From Mobula hypostoma (lineage: Eukaryota), in contig NC_086100.1 of assembly GCF_963921235.1 (NCBI RefSeq), forward strand, positions 30,566,001-30,630,000: a DNA stretch of 64,000 nucleotides. The letters are read 5' to 3'. Positions 1-12,932 of the stretch are shown piece by piece; positions within the stretch are counted from its first letter, which is position 1, and each line of letters starts with the position of its first letter. The position numbers were made by a program, and so were the translations under genes. The notes under the pieces were generated by a model. That model was not told the DNA's origin, did not search any database, and worked only from the letters and a program-made list of their open reading frames with translations.

Positions 1-554
1 ACTTAGAAACAATTTCTTTTTGTCCATTTCTCCATATAAATTGCTTGTGAACACAGTTTGGATTAAAACACAGACTTCTGCTAGACATCACCTGTATTGA
101 TGTCCATTATCTTCTTCTAAAAGCAATTTAATATTATCATTAGATTTTTCTACATTATAAATGTGGAACAAATCAATGCAAACTTTCTAAAAGCATTCAT
201 TCTTGTTGTTTGGGAGCAAGAATCTGGCTGCGTCCTTTTGAAATGTCTTTCATCATTTTGCACTGTGCCAGATGGAGTACTTTCACGTAGAAAACTGCAT
301 TTAAATCTGATGGAAATTAATTGATAGCCCTGAGATTTAGGTAGTTCGATTTCTATTCAGATGTCTGAGGTTCACACCATTTTCTATGCAGCAGGAGTCA
401 TGTTAAAATGCCATCTCGGTCTCTGTAAACGCTTGGACGCATTTTTTATACTTTGAAACAACACTCAGGGATATGCAAAATTAGGTCGAGCGTAAAAATA
501 AATGACTCCCAATTGTAAATATCAGTTTATTCTAGCTGGATAATGTATATGTTA

Positions 555-1195
555 GCATGGAGCTTAAGTTACTGGTCTAGTATCCAGAGGCTTGAATTCA
601 TGACCCAGGAAAATGAGTTTGAATCCCAGCGTATTTGTATTATTTTATGGCACAGAAGGAGGCCATTTTGGCCATCAGCAGTGCCCCCCCTCCAATCATT
701 CCCATCAGTCCCATCCACATCCCTCCCATTATTTTTCCTGTAAACAATTTTCTCTCAGTCTCTTTTCTGATTCTCCTAAAACTCTCACTCACTATGGGCA
801 ACTTGCAGCAGCTATGTAACTCACCAACACATATTTGAAATATGGGAAAAACCGGGGAATGAACTCCGACAACATCTGAGTTTAGGTACGAGTCTCGTTT
901 GCTAGATCTGTGCAACAGCAGTACTACCTCCTCTGCCCCCATGCCACGTGGCAGCCAGGGAAATTAAATTTGAAAGCAAGCAAGAATAAAACAGTTAGTA
1001 TCAGCGGTCCTGACAATGACGCAAACAGATTGCTGTAAGATGACATTGGGTTCACTCATGTTGTTTAGGGAATGAAAATTGCCATCCTTAATTAGACTGA
1101 ACCATACGTGACTCCACACAGTAGAAATGTCATCAGCTCAGAAATACTGAGAATGTGCAATAAATGCCTGCCTTGTCCACATCCTGTAAACAAAG
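555..1195 (+). mobile_element. Old tRNA-derived SINE (L2-type tail), interrupted by a minus-strand SINE at ~640-945
   Basis: B-box-like gagtttgaatccc at ~615-627; body ttgggttcactcatgttgtttagggaatgaaaattgccatcc; tail gcaataaatgcctgcc...ccacatcctg. A related copy lies at ~22310-22700. Confidence 0.5.
640..945 (-). mobile_element. Decayed V-SINE/HE1-like SINE
   Basis: Reverse complement of a CR1-type tail (cacagaaggaggccattttggcc) and V-domain-like tttgaaatatgggaaaaaccgg; resembles copies at 5455, 32000 and 39905. Confidence 0.45.
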
Positions 1196-1478
1196 GAAAG
1201 AGAAATCTATTCTTGCTCCAGCTATACAAAAAAATATGGATCTTGGCATCAATTTGCATCCTTTATTTTAAGGTTAGTGGTATTGTGGATAGCAAGGAAG
1301 ATTATCGAAGGCTAAAGCAAGATGTAGCTCAGATGGAATGTTAGGAAGAGCATTTACGGATGGAATTTAATCCTGATTACGTCATGCATTTTGGAAAGTC
1401 AAATTGGGTAACATATACCATAAGTGGGAGAGTGTTTATGGATGTTGGTGAACAGAGATCTTGGGTTTCGAGTCCATA

Positions 1479-1992
1479 AGATAGAAAGATAGATATACTT
1501 TATTAATCCCGAGGGAAATTTGGTTTCATTACAGCCGCACCAACCAAGAATAGAGCGTAAATATAGCAATACAAAAAACCCCCAACAATCAAACAACAAA
1601 ATGCAAACTATGCCAGATGGAAAATAAGTCCAGGACCAGTCTATTTGGCTCAGGGTGTCTGACTCTCCACGGGAGGAGCTGCACGTTCGATGGCCACAGG
1701 CAGGAATAACCTCCCGTGCCGCCCAGTGTTGTATCATGGTGGAATGTGGCCGAAGTCCAACAGTAAAAAGTTCAATATCCAGTCTGCAAACACATTCCTC
1801 GATCGTAATATGCCCCGGATTGCACAATCCATTGTTAGCCAGAACAGTAAACACCCAACTCCTTTACACTTACCACTCTCAGTGCACTTCCGGTCAGCCG
1901 GAACCGTATTACCCACCGAACTCCTCTTCTCCATAAGTCTCTGTTGTCTCGACCCGGTCCTCTTTCCTCGGCTTTGTGATCCCCCTCTGCAT
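1479..1992 (-). mobile_element. Internally deleted Rex1/Babar-type non-LTR derivative
   Basis: Minus strand: RGCRGGSQSRGKRTGSRQQRLMEKR, then ADRKCTESGK / VLANNGLCNPGHITIEECVCRLDIELFTVGLRP (APE-like), fused to C-terminal YNTGRHGRLFLPVAI, a 3'UTR with AATAAA and a (TATC)n-like tail. Confidence 0.7.
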
Positions 1993-2054
1993 CCCTGAAA
2001 GTGGTAACTGGGGTAGATAAAGATGATGAATACAGCACATGGCATGCTTACCTT

Positions 2055-2333
2055 TGTTGGATCCTGAGGTTTTTGTGATCCGATGGTTCTTCGGAAGTTA
2101 AGAATGAGTCATGGAGCCTGTTGTTCACGATTGTTTATTAAGTGTTACAAGACCGAAGACTAGAACAGAAGTAGAATGGTGAGAGGCAGAGAAAAAAGAG
2201 GGAGAAAACAGACAAAGGGAAGAGCAGGAAAAGAAATATTCACATGTATACAGGTGATTATATATACATACAAACAAGCATAAGAAATTTAAGCCACAAG
2301 AAAAAAATAACAAACTTCCAACCCGATCCAATG
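2055..2333 (-). mobile_element. Solo LTR (Gypsy-like) inside CR1
   Basis: Inverted termini tgttggatc (2055-2063) and gatccaatg (2325-2333); flanks cctt/cttt; minus-strand TATA-like tatatataat and AATAAA ~80 nt before the terminal ...ggatccaaca. Confidence 0.55.
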
Positions 2334-2993
2334 CTTTCGTATATTGGGCACAAATATAAAACTGAAGCGTAACATTGCAACCTTACAACACACTGATTTG
2401 ATCGACCTTTTATTACTATGTGCAGTTCTGGTCATAATAGTATATGAGGCACGCTGCTGTGCTAAAGAGGGTGCATAGGAGATTCACTGGGGTATTGCCT
2501 GGATTGGAGGACTCTAGATCTGTGGTGGGATTGAGTAGTTTGGGCTTGTTTTCCCTGAAGTGAAGGAGTCTAGGGGGTGACTTATAAGAAGCATAGATAA
2601 GTTAGATAGTCAGAATATTTTGCCATGGTGGGGAGATGAAAAGCAAGAGGCCACAGTGAGAGGAAGTCATTTTAAAAGGGAGTTGATAGTTATGTTTTGA
2701 CACAGAGAGTGGTTAATATCTGCAATTCACTGGCAGAGGAGTTGGTAGAATCAGAAAAAACTGTTCTGTTTAAGAGCCGTTTAGACAGGCACTTAAGTAG
2801 GTGAAACGTAGACACACATGGACATAATGTGGAGATGGGATTAGGGTGGATGGGCAGAAAGGTCAGTATGGATGTGATGGGCTGAAGGGTCATTTCGGTG
2901 CTACACAACCTGATGTCTCTATGGGTGTGTAGTCATCAGCAGAAGTGCCCCATTCACTCTGATTATGCTGTGTCAATGGTTTATTTGAGTAAA

Positions 2994-3281
2994 ACGGTAC
3001 TACGCAGTAGTATAGCAGTTAGCTTGGGGCTTGGGAGTTCCGACTTCAGTTCCAGTATCCTCTGTAAGGAGCCTCTGTATGCCCTCCCTGTGGAATGTGT
3101 GAGTTTCCAGTTTCCTCCCACAGTCCAACGATGTACAATGTTAACTGGACATTGTAAATTTTCCCGTGATTAGGTAAGAGTTAAATTGGGGTTGTCATGG
3201 GTTGCCGGGGCAGCATGGCTCAAAGGGACAGAAGGGCCTACTCTGTGCTCTATCACTAAATAAAACAAATAAATAAATAAA
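2994..3281 (+). mobile_element. V-SINE/HE1-like SINE with CR1-derived tail
   Basis: V-domain motif tttcctcccacagtccaacgatgtac; tail agaagggcctactctgtgctctatc followed by (TAAA)n. Confidence 0.7.
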
Positions 3282-3946
3282 TCTAGTCCAGATGTCCTCT
3301 TCTCTCACTGACAGCTGATGACTTTTTCTGTGAAGGCATCTATTAGATGTATTAATCCTGAGGATTCTGCAAAATAGCATACTAAACAAAGTAACAGCTA
3401 AAGCAGCCAATTTGTAATTATAATAGCCCATTTTATGTTACAATCTTTGTTTTGATTGGCAGTAATTAAGGTTGATTGACAGAATGGCAAAAAGAGTCCA
3501 AACAACCTGCTCCTGTCACACATGAATGCGTGCTCATGTGCGCGCACACACACTTTATGTCTGTTTTATGTCTATTTTGAACTTCATCAAAATTGTAAAC
3601 ATAACATAAGAATAACATCCAATAAGACTTACTGACAGCAAACTTCAATAGACTTGTCTCTGGCAATCTTCAGAGACAGACAGGCTCAAACTGTTGGTTC
3701 AGTTCTAGATCACTAACATATTGCTGGGACTGTCACTGGATAGAGAACGTGACCAGGTGGTCTCTCCTTCTCTCGGGTTCTTTCTCAGTGTGTGGCCTTT
3801 CTTGAACATTTCAACTGACTCCAGGTCTAACTCTTCTTTTAGTCAGATGCTAGCCCCTTTAAGTAATTTCTTCTTGCAAGTGCCACTCCACAACCACAAG
3901 CTGATCCACAAATGCACTCCCAGCCCAGTTCCACTGCCACTGGCTT

Positions 3947-4146
3947 CTGTCTCTCTCTCTGTCTCTCTCTGTCTCTCTCTCTCTCTCGCTCTCTCTCTCT
4001 ATATATATATATATATCTATCCCTATCTCTCTCACTCCCTCCCCTCCTCCTCTCGCCCTCTCTCCTCCTTCCGTCTTCTTCCCCCCCTCTCCACCTCCCC
4101 CTCTCTCTCCCCTTCACGCTCACACTCACACACTCATATTCTCACA

Positions 4147-4232
<86 letters not shown>
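3947..4232. repeat. Compound microsatellite (TC)n/(TA)n/C-T tract/(TC)n(CA)n
   Basis: Directly visible. Confidence 0.95.
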
Positions 4233-4233
<1 letters not shown>

Positions 4234-5454
4234 CTGAATCCAATCCCACCACCACCCCCCACTTGACCTTGGACAAAAACAACAATCCTGGGCACTATTG
4301 AAATTTTTGGCAAGGGGCTTACAACTGTGCAGTTGAGTGCACTAACCATCCTGTGCACAGCCTAGACATGGGTGGCCATGAGACATGTAGCCACGTATCC
4401 TGACATATAGGTGATCCAAGCCAGATAGAAAATTTGATTACACAGATTCTAGTGGAAGCCTGTACACTAACAGAATCAGTCACTGTCCTACGGAGTAACC
4501 TCAACCAGTCTATCCAATAGTCAAATGGAATTTGGCGAACCCTGGCCTCATTTGAGAATACAAGGAATATAAACCAAGTACTCAACGGTAATAAGAGAGT
4601 AAATAATATTACACTGCTTAAAATAAAAATGTATCTATTATTTACAACAGTATGTGTTCTCCCATATGTGATGACATTGATACATTGCACACTGAGGATA
4701 TGATGGATGCAAATGAGATAAAAATGGTTATCGCCCGAATCCCACTGGAAAGTGTAAACACCGATCAATACAGCAAAACGAATGGGATGAAGTTGCCCCT
4801 GTCACTCAGGGAGTGCACTGTCAAAACATTAAATAAGGTTTTTTGAAAAAAATTCTACCCCCTTTTCAGAATTCCATGCAAAACCCCTAATTATTGGTAC
4901 TGATAAATAACAAAACTCGCAGAGAAAATCACCTGCAGTTGTGCCACATAGAAGCATCAAAACACAGAACTGTTTCCAGAATTCAGACCTCTGACACTAA
5001 TCTGCCTCAGCTCTCCTTTGGTGAAGTTCAGGAAATTCTAAATTGTCAGTGTATCACAAAAATAAACATGGTAAAAACAGAACAGTATAAACTACATTTG
5101 ACAGTTTTTAAAGCAGATGTCAGAACAGAGAGGCAAACATTTGAAGGAAATAGGAACACTTTTGATTTACATATAAAAAAACAAAGACTTGAATGATGAA
5201 GACTCAGAACAGAAAAGGAAGGCAGCGTTGCCGAACCTTTATGAAACACTATATAGGCCCTTTCTAAATGTCTATGGATCAGAATCAGGCCCGATCTCAG
5301 AACACCATTTATACCTTCTTCTGGGAATTCAAGTATAACCAGTTTTAATTCAAACTTCCAGTTTCTGTAGAGTGTGTCCCTCAATGTTCAGAAGAAATTT
5401 GATGGAGGTGTTCATACTCAGGTTTTTTTTTATGGAGAAGATGTGGAGGTTTTT

Positions 5455-5712
5455 TTTAAAGATACAACATGATAACAGGGCCAATGAGCCCATGCCACAC
5501 AATCACACCCATGTGATGAATTAACCTAGTAATCTGTACAACTTTGGAACGTGGGAGAAAACTGAAGCACCTTGAGGAAGCCCACACAGTCATGCTGAGA
5601 ACGTAACAAACTCCTCACAGACAGAGGCAGAACTGAACCTGGCTGCTGGCGCTATAGTAGCATTTAGCTAACAGCTCTGCTACCGTCCCTCCCTGCTAAG
5701 CTACCGTGCCAT
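5455..5712 (-). mobile_element. V-SINE/HE1-like SINE
   Basis: ctttggaacgtgggagaaaactgaagcacc (V-domain reverse complement), acaaactcctcacagacag, head gctaacagctctgctaccgt. Confidence 0.7.
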
Positions 5713-5734
5713 CCTTGGTTCCATTGGCAGAAAA

Positions 5735-6166
5735 GATTTACCAGGATGTTACCTGGACTTTGGGACCAATGTTACAAGGAGAGGTTGGGTAGACTGGGAC
5801 ATTATTGACTGAAACACAGAAGACTAAGAGGTGATCCGATAGAGGTATAAAATATCGCATACTCTTTTTCTCAGGGAGGATGTGCTAAAAACAGGAGGAC
5901 ATGTCTAAGGTCGGAGGGAGGCACCGGTCATAAAGGACAGTTTCATCATTTGAAATGTGTTGCATATTTGGAATAAGATAGCATAAGTAGTGGTTGAGGC
6001 AGGAAAAATTGGGAAGTTTAAAAGCTGTTCAGATAAGAACATGGACAGGAGAGGTACGGAGAGCTATGGGTCAAATGAGGACAGATGGGACCAGCTGACT
6101 GAGCAACATGGCATGATCAAGTTGGGCTAAGAGGCCTGCTTCCATGCTTTTAACTCTATGACTCTA
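5735..6166 (+). mobile_element. CR1 3' fragment
   Basis: agatttaccaggatgttacctggact...gaggtgatccgatagaggtataaaat; terminal ggcctgcttccatgcttttaactctatgactct. Confidence 0.75.
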
Positions 6167-7552
6167 AATTATGATAACCAGTGGACACAGATATAAGGGA
6201 CCTGAAAAAGAACGAAAATATAATCTGGGAGGGTTTTATTGTTCACAACATGTTGCCACCTGGCAGATCCTGCCTGAAAGAAAGATGAAGCCGGATTCAA
6301 TTGTAACTTTTAAGTAGGCTATTGAAGGTAAACGCATTGCCAAAAGAAAATGGACGTGATTAGAAAGCTCTGACAAAAACTGATGGGCTGATTGGCCTCC
6401 TGCACTGCCTAATTGTACTGTTCTGAAAGTAATATGATTTACTCATCAAATGATAATTAATAGTTCTGAAGGACTGGTTCATTAACAGTTTACTTTGAAG
6501 CTAGCTTTTGACAAATGAAGACCTATTGATGCTCAGATGGGTTTACAACAGCCTCAATTTCTGGCGCTGAACTGTCAGTTAGTGGCTCCTGCTTTCTTTT
6601 TTCCTTCACGCAAATCAAGAGGTGGGGAAGAGTGAAAAAGCAAGATGCTAGCTAGAGTCCAGCCACAGTCATTGCCCTGGTCAGGACCGCAATTGATACT
6701 GTTGATGAAGGACCGGCTCTTTGAAGCATATAAGGTCAACAATCATGACAGATTCACAGTCAGGATTTAGCAGCTCTTCATCACATTCTAAAAAACAAAG
6801 TTACTGTGCTTTTGTATGGAAAGGCATGGATGATATACTTGGCAATCTTCTTCCTCCCCTGCCTTTAAACACGTCCCTTTTCTGTAAATGTCCAGTTTTC
6901 TCTTTTCAAACAAATCTGCAAAACAATTCGGCATTTATATTTCACTCTCAAATCACCCATTGATGCAGTGGTTCTTCTAAAACCTAAATGCTGCATTCTT
7001 GATGTTGTTGAAATACAGAAGGGGGATGAAGTGAGGGTAGCAGGTTGTTAGAGTGAAGGGCAGAAGCAGGGAGATGCATTCTTCCATAAGAGGAACCAAC
7101 AACCCTTGTATAGCTCCAATCAGTTGTCTTAACACTATCAGTTTGCATTTCTATATTTTGCACAGTGTTCTCTTTAGCTGCATCAGCACTTTGTGTCCAC
7201 AGTGAAAAATAACTTCCCTGCCCTCAGGACTTGTGGCATTATTACATCAGCATGATATATTCCGCAGATGATGCAGACCAAACTTCTTAAAACTCTGAAC
7301 TTTAAAATGAAGTAGAACTCGGGCAGTTTATTTCACCTTGGCCGTTCTCAACGGCTCTGTATCTGGTCAGTAGTCAGACCTCCATAAGTTCATTTGAATA
7401 CACATTGCACAATACCCTGTTGGTCCTAACATGAACAGTTTGTATAAACATGATTGCTATAAGTGCTATTCCCTCACTGTATTCCATACTTGCCTTGATT
7501 ACGTACCATTTGGCATAATTATAAGGTGATTGGAGGTAGTATGGGGGGGGGC

Positions 7553-7962
7553 CGTTGTCAGAGGTAAGTTCTTCACACAGAGAATGGTGGGTGCATGGAA
7601 TGACCTGGCACATGGACGCACAGATGATAGAAAAATGGAGGCTTGTGTAGGAGGGAAGGGATAAATTGGACTTGGAGTAGGTTAGTGGTTGTAGACTCAT
7701 ATTTGTGAACTTTAGTTCTGAGTGTTATTTATTTACTTTTTATTGTTTGCTCAATTTGTTTGTTTCTTCACACAATGGCCGTTTGACGGTCTTTTTTAAT
7801 AGGTTCCATTGGGTTTCTTTGTCTTTGTGGCTGCCTGTAAGAAGACAAATTTCAATGTTGTATATAATTTACATACTTCAATACTAAATGTACATTGAAC
7901 TTTGAAAAGATGGGCACAACATTGTGGGCTGAAGGGCTTGTACTGTGCTGAAATGTTCTATA
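7553..7962 (+). mobile_element. CR1 3' end interrupted by a Rex-type 3'UTR fragment (~7700-7904)
   Basis: ttcttcacacagagaatggtgggtgcatggaat ... gggcacaacattgtgggctgaaggg; the internal piece ends tacttcaatactaaatgtacattgaactttga. Confidence 0.55.
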
Positions 7963-8469
7963 TTCTATCAAGGTTTGTGAACAGATGCATGGCAGCCCCA
8001 CTTGTTTGTGGTCTATTGAAGTGCAAGATTGCAAAAGCGTTCGATGCTGAAAGAATGCACAATGTGTCATGGAAGGTTAGTAAGTAATTAAGGTTGAAGT
8101 GACAGTGAAAATGTTTACTGAAAGTGGCAGGGAGACAATGCTTGGATACAACTAGTGAACCACTTAAGTCCGGAGAGTATTTGTTTGTCCACCTTGATGG
8201 ATCCCTGATCTTAATTGCAGCAAGGGTTTAAAAATGAGAATAACGTTGAAGGATACACTCAAGCAGCAATATTGCCTTTTAGCATGATTTATTTTAAATA
8301 TAGGTTACTTTGTGGAAATTCCATTATGTCCCTGCATATCTCAGAAATAAAAGCTTCTTTTATTGAAGATGTTTGTCAGCACCTTTTCAGAGTTAATTGT
8401 CTTCCTCGTAGTGCATCGGCTAATACCCCACAAAGCATTGCTGAGGTCGGACTCCCTACAATCACTTAC

Positions 8470-8501
8470 CTTACACTTAAGAAACGCATGCAAACCAGGA
8501 G
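8470..8501 (-). other. Candidate 32-nt exon of an unidentified gene
   Basis: Minus strand: tgtgctctgctgttccatttctctcAG|CTCCTGG...TGTAAG|GTAAGT. Confidence 0.3.
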
Positions 8502-8804
8502 CTGAGAGAAATGGAACAGCAGAGCACAAGTATACGGGGTTCTCAATCAACACAAGCTCACTATACTTCAGCTGAATTTTAAAGAGAGCCATCAAATATA
8601 ATTCAGCTGCAAGAAGGGAAGAGGGGAAAATACATAGGTATAATTTATACCAATTTTGATAAATGTGATTTTATTACTGCAAAATAAATCCAGTTCAAAT
8701 TCTATAAGCAGGAATTGCAGTGTTGTATACTGATTATCCTACAAATTACCAAGTTACAATTCTCCTTTAAAGTTTATACTAAACTCACATTAATTTTCCT
8801 TTTT

Positions 8805-9316
8805 AGAATCAGAATCAGATTTAATACCGTCAGCATATGTCGTGAAATTCGTTAACTTAGCAGCAGCAGTACAATGCAATGCATGATAATATGGGAAAAA
8901 AATAAGTAAGTGAATTATGGGGTGTGTGTGTGTGTGTGTGTGTGTGTGACATTAAAAAATAGTGCAAAAACAGAAATATTAAAAGTGAAGTGTTCATGGG
9001 TTCAATGTTCATTTAGGAATTGGATGGCAGAGGGGAAGAAACTGTTCCTGAACCACTGAGTGTGTGCCTTAAGGCTTCTATACTCCTTCCTGATGGTAAC
9101 AATGAGAAGAGGGCATGTCCTGGGTGGTGTGGGTCCTTAATGATGGGCACTGTCTATCTGAAGCACTGTTCCTTGAAGAAGTCTTGGATACTACAGAGGC
9201 TAGTACCCAAGATGGAGCGGACTAATTGTACAACTTTCTGTAGCTTCTTTTGATCCTGTGCAGTAGCTTCCCCAGCCCCCCCCCCCACATAACCGACCGT
9301 GATGCAGCCTGTCAGA
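8805..9316 (-). mobile_element. Rex1/Babar-type LINE 3' fragment with (GATTCT)n tail, containing a (GT)n tract
   Basis: agaatcagaatcagattt tail; closely similar to 55511-55600 + 57715-58160, which translates to HPRHALFSLLPSGRRYRSL. Confidence 0.8.
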
Positions 9317-9679
9317 GTTGACGCATGTTCTCAAAGTGCATGCTTCCCATTTTCTGTATGAGGACACTAAATGTTTAAGAGATCAATAGTACTATTTTCA
9401 TCAGCAAGTGATGCCATTTGACTAAATGTCCCTAGTCCTTCCACATGAGACTGTGCCAATGAAAGAAATTGCTATTAAGTGTTGTCTTTCAAGAGAGGTG
9501 TTTGTGAATAAACAAGGAGCAGATTAATGTGGTTTAGTAATAACTCTGCATTCTCAAAAGTGAAAAAGAAATTTCTGGTGTATATATAGATTTCCACTGC
9601 CTGATAGACCGTTTCCAGTATATATCTTATACAGTATATCAATATATCTATACTTAAATCTATATATAGATATAATATA

Positions 9680-9754
9680 CAGTATTGTGTAAAAGTCTTG
9701 GGCACATATATATATATATATAGCCAGGGCATCTAAGAATTTTGCACAGTACTG
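9680..9754. mobile_element. Tiny Tc1/mariner-type MITE
   Basis: TA-cagtattgtgtaaaagtcttgggcac...(TA)n...gcatctaagaattttgcacagtactg-TA: imperfect ~25-bp TIRs flanked by TA. Confidence 0.6.
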
Positions 9755-10279
9755 TAGTAATTTTATGTACTGCACCGTACTGCTGCTGTGAAAAAAACAA
9801 ATTTCATGACATATGTGAGTGATGATAAACCTGATTCTGATATGGGTCTCTATTGTGGACTGAGAGTAGGAAGGGGACAGGGAGAGGGGAATCATGGTTG
9901 GGAAGAGGGGAAGGGAGAGGGGAAGGAGTGGGAATCATCAGAGAGACATTCTGTAATGATCAATAAACCAATTGCTTGGAATCAAATGACCTTGCTTGGT
10001 GTCTCAGGGTTAGGTGTGTCTGCACCCACACCCCCCCCCCCACCCCTGGCACTTCTTCTCTACCACCCCTCCCATGGCGCTCCACCCTCGCCATTCCCAA
10101 CTTCCTTCGCTCCTGCCAGATTTACAAACTTGCAGTCCGCTCCATGTATATAATAGATTGGAATATGTTTTATGTAGAAATTGCAACAGAAGATGTAGAA
10201 ATCATAGAAATAGACAGCAAAGAAAAAATAAAGCCTTAACCTTACCTCTCAGAAACAATTCAAAGCCAGGTCTAGAGGA

Positions 10280-10572
10280 CATAGCTTTAGGGTGAGAGAT
10301 AAGACATTTAGAGGGAAACTTTATACCCAGGTGGTAGATGGAATCTGGAACACATTGCATAAAAGTGGGTGAAGAGTGAAGATAGGGATCTGGTGGGTGT
10401 TGGAGACTCTCATAATATTTAACGAGCATTGAAACAAGTACTTGAATTATCAAGGCAAGGAAAGCTACAGACCAACTGCTGGTAAACGGCATTAATATAG
10501 ACGATTCTTTGATGATCAGCATGAATATGTGGGCTGAATGGCCTTTTTTAGTGCTGTATGAATTTATGACTG
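10280..10572 (+). mobile_element. CR1 3' fragment
   Basis: gaggacatagctttagggtgagag ... gggctgaatggcctttttagtgctgtatgaatttatgact. Confidence 0.65.
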
Positions 10573-11006
10573 TGAGCTCATGACTCCCTGACCACAATTT
10601 AGCTTTAAACATGAATCATTGTTGTGTGTTAAATTGAATTGTCCCATCAGGGAGCTTCTATGTCTTTCCACTCTGCTTCATTAAAGGATAATTGGAGGTC
10701 TGCATTCCACAGTGAATTCTTTTAAAGATAGGTTTGAGTCTCAATCAGTACTTTCAGATCCAGTGAATAGTAAAGTTGCCACCTTCATATTCTTTTACTT
10801 CTACCTCTGGAATAGTGGTTGATGAAAGTCTGAGTCATCATGTAGACCAAGGAGAAAGATGTTGAAACCACAGAGAATCATGTTATTTGCTGTATTTTCT
10901 TGGACCATTATAGCTTGAGTTCCCAAATTGTCCACTGTCGTAAATGTTATATAGAATAGTTTGCATAAACCTGGCACTTCCTCAGTGGATATTAGTTCCT
11001 TTAAAG

Positions 11007-11086
11007 GAGGGGTTCACAACTGATATTATGCCATGGACCCCTACCATTAACTGAGGGGTCCATGGACACTAGGTTGGAACCCCCTG
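11007..11086. mobile_element. hAT (Charlie-like) MITE
   Basis: TIRs (c/g)aggggttcacaac / gttggaaccccctg; 8-bp TSD ctttaaag/atttaaag; related copies at ~26129-26188 and 51967-52040. Confidence 0.65.
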
Positions 11087-11532
11087 ATTTAAAGGTACAG
11101 TAGTTGCAACATTTTTGGTTCAATATCCTCCAGGCATACTTCTGATTTGTTGAAATATTTTGTATTAAATAGCAATTAATACAGTATTTAGTGTTATTGG
11201 CACATTGAATAATGAGTATTTTGTTTGCCAAGATGGTAGGAAATAAGTGTATTGATGTGAATAGGAACAGAAATAAAATCTGGCCTTGCCGTAAACCTTG
11301 TCAAGATCATGCACTAGTTATATCTCCTCAGCTAAATCTCCTTTCAGCTTTATTTGTTCCAAAGAAAATAATCCAGCGTGAATGGCCACATAGCTAAAAT
11401 TCTCCAGCCTGGGAACATCCTCATGAATCTCCTCTTGACCCTTTCTAGTGCTAACACATCCTTCCTGTAGCGTGGTGAAAAAACTGTAAACAGTGCCTAG
11501 TTGTGGCCCAAGTAATATCTTAACAGTTGACC

Positions 11533-12350
11533 AACACACACAAAATGCTGGAGGAACCCAGCAGGCCAGGCAGCATCTATAGAGAGGAATAAACGGTCAA
11601 TGTTTCGGGCCGAGACACTTCATCAGGACTGGAAAAGATGGGGGAAGATGCCAGAATAAAAAGGTAAGGAGAGGGGAAGGAGTACAAGCTAGAGGGTGAT
11701 AGTTGAAGCCAATTAGGTGGGGTGGGGTGGGGTGGTGAAGGTGAAGTAAAGAGCTGGGATGTGATAGATGGAAAATATAAAGGGCTGGAGAAGAATTTAT
11801 CTGATATGAGGGGAGGGTGGACCATGGAAGAAAGGGAAGAAGAAGGGAAACCAGAAGGAGGTGATTTGCAGGTGAGGAGGAGAAAAGGGATGAGAGGGTA
11901 ACCAGAATTGGGAATGGGAAAAGAGAGGAGGAGGACTGAGGAGCAATTAGAGAAATCGATATACGTGCCTTCAGACTGGAGGCTGCCCAGACGGAATATG
12001 AGGTGTTGATCCTTTGACCTAAGAGAGGCCTCATCAAGGCAGTGGAGGAGGCCATGAACTGACAGGTCAGAATGGGAATGGAAAGGTGAATTGAAATAGG
12101 TGGCCACTGGGAAGTCCCACCTTTTGTGGCTGATAGAGTGAAGGTGCTCAACAAATCAGTCGCTCCAAATGCAGTCGGTGTCACCGACGTAGAGAAGGCT
12201 TCACAGGCTGCACCAGACATAGCTGATGATCCCAACAGACTCACAGGGTAAGTGTCATCTCATCTGGATGGACGGTTTGGGGCCCTGAATGGTAGTGAGA
12301 GAGGAGAATAGGGGCAGGTGTGGCACTTGTCTTGCTGCAGGGTAAGTGTT
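11533..12350 (-). mobile_element. Penelope-like element fragment (GIY-YIG C-terminus + pLTR with degenerate hammerhead)
   Basis: Minus ORF VATYFNSPFHSHSDLSVHGLLHC...QHLIFRLGSLQSEG is homologous to the 16.4-17.1 kb copy; hammerhead-like motif at 11595-11631. Confidence 0.85.
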
Positions 12351-12932
12351 CTTGTGTTAAAAAGCTAAACATTATTAAGCAGTATGCTTAATGAAGGTGA
12401 GAGAGGAGAGGCGGGTCCATTAAAGGATCAGTAATTTAGTGGCCCTGTATTCATAATGTCATTACAATTACACTGCAGCAAATTGAGAACTTCAAGTTAA
12501 TTAAAGCAAAATGTGAAAATATAAAAGAGTCTATTAAAAGTGACCGAGATCGACTATGTTCACTTTGAATGATGAGGCAGACTTGAAGGGCCTGGAGGCT
12601 CCTATTTCCTGCATTCAGCTAGTGTTCCCTTATGTGAAGCTGTCAGGTAATTCTCAAAACCCTACAAAGGGAAAGAATCTGCCATCCTTTCCTGGTTTAT
12701 CGCTCCAGTTTATTCAAACCTCCTTTGATATGTTCTAGTGAGCCTCTAATCAGCAACAGCACCTTCCCAACACTACTGGGAAAGACCTAAAAAAGTGACA
12801 GAAGTGTCCACAACCCAACCTTCATTTTGTTTTACATTTGTTGAATGGAAAAGTTCCGAAAATAGTGAGATAGGCATTGAAAATGACAAATGTGGGGGAA
12901 ACAGGAACAACTGAGATAAGATAATATAAATG

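Larger units (their letters stand above)
1272..2923 (+). mobile_element. CR1 LINE 3' fragment (RT C-terminus + 3'UTR) with two nested insertions (1479-1992, 2055-2333)
   Basis: Translates to VDSKEDYRRLKQDVAQME (post-YADD region of CR1 RT). The CR1 motif gtccata..tccctgaaagtgg is split by the first insertion. CR1 3' end gggctgaagggtcatttcggtgct...tctctatg. Confidence 0.8.

Noticed and set aside
3721-4301. 181-aa and 129-aa ORFs
   Set aside because: Read-through of (TC)n/(CA)n microsatellites, giving SLSL/THTH runs.
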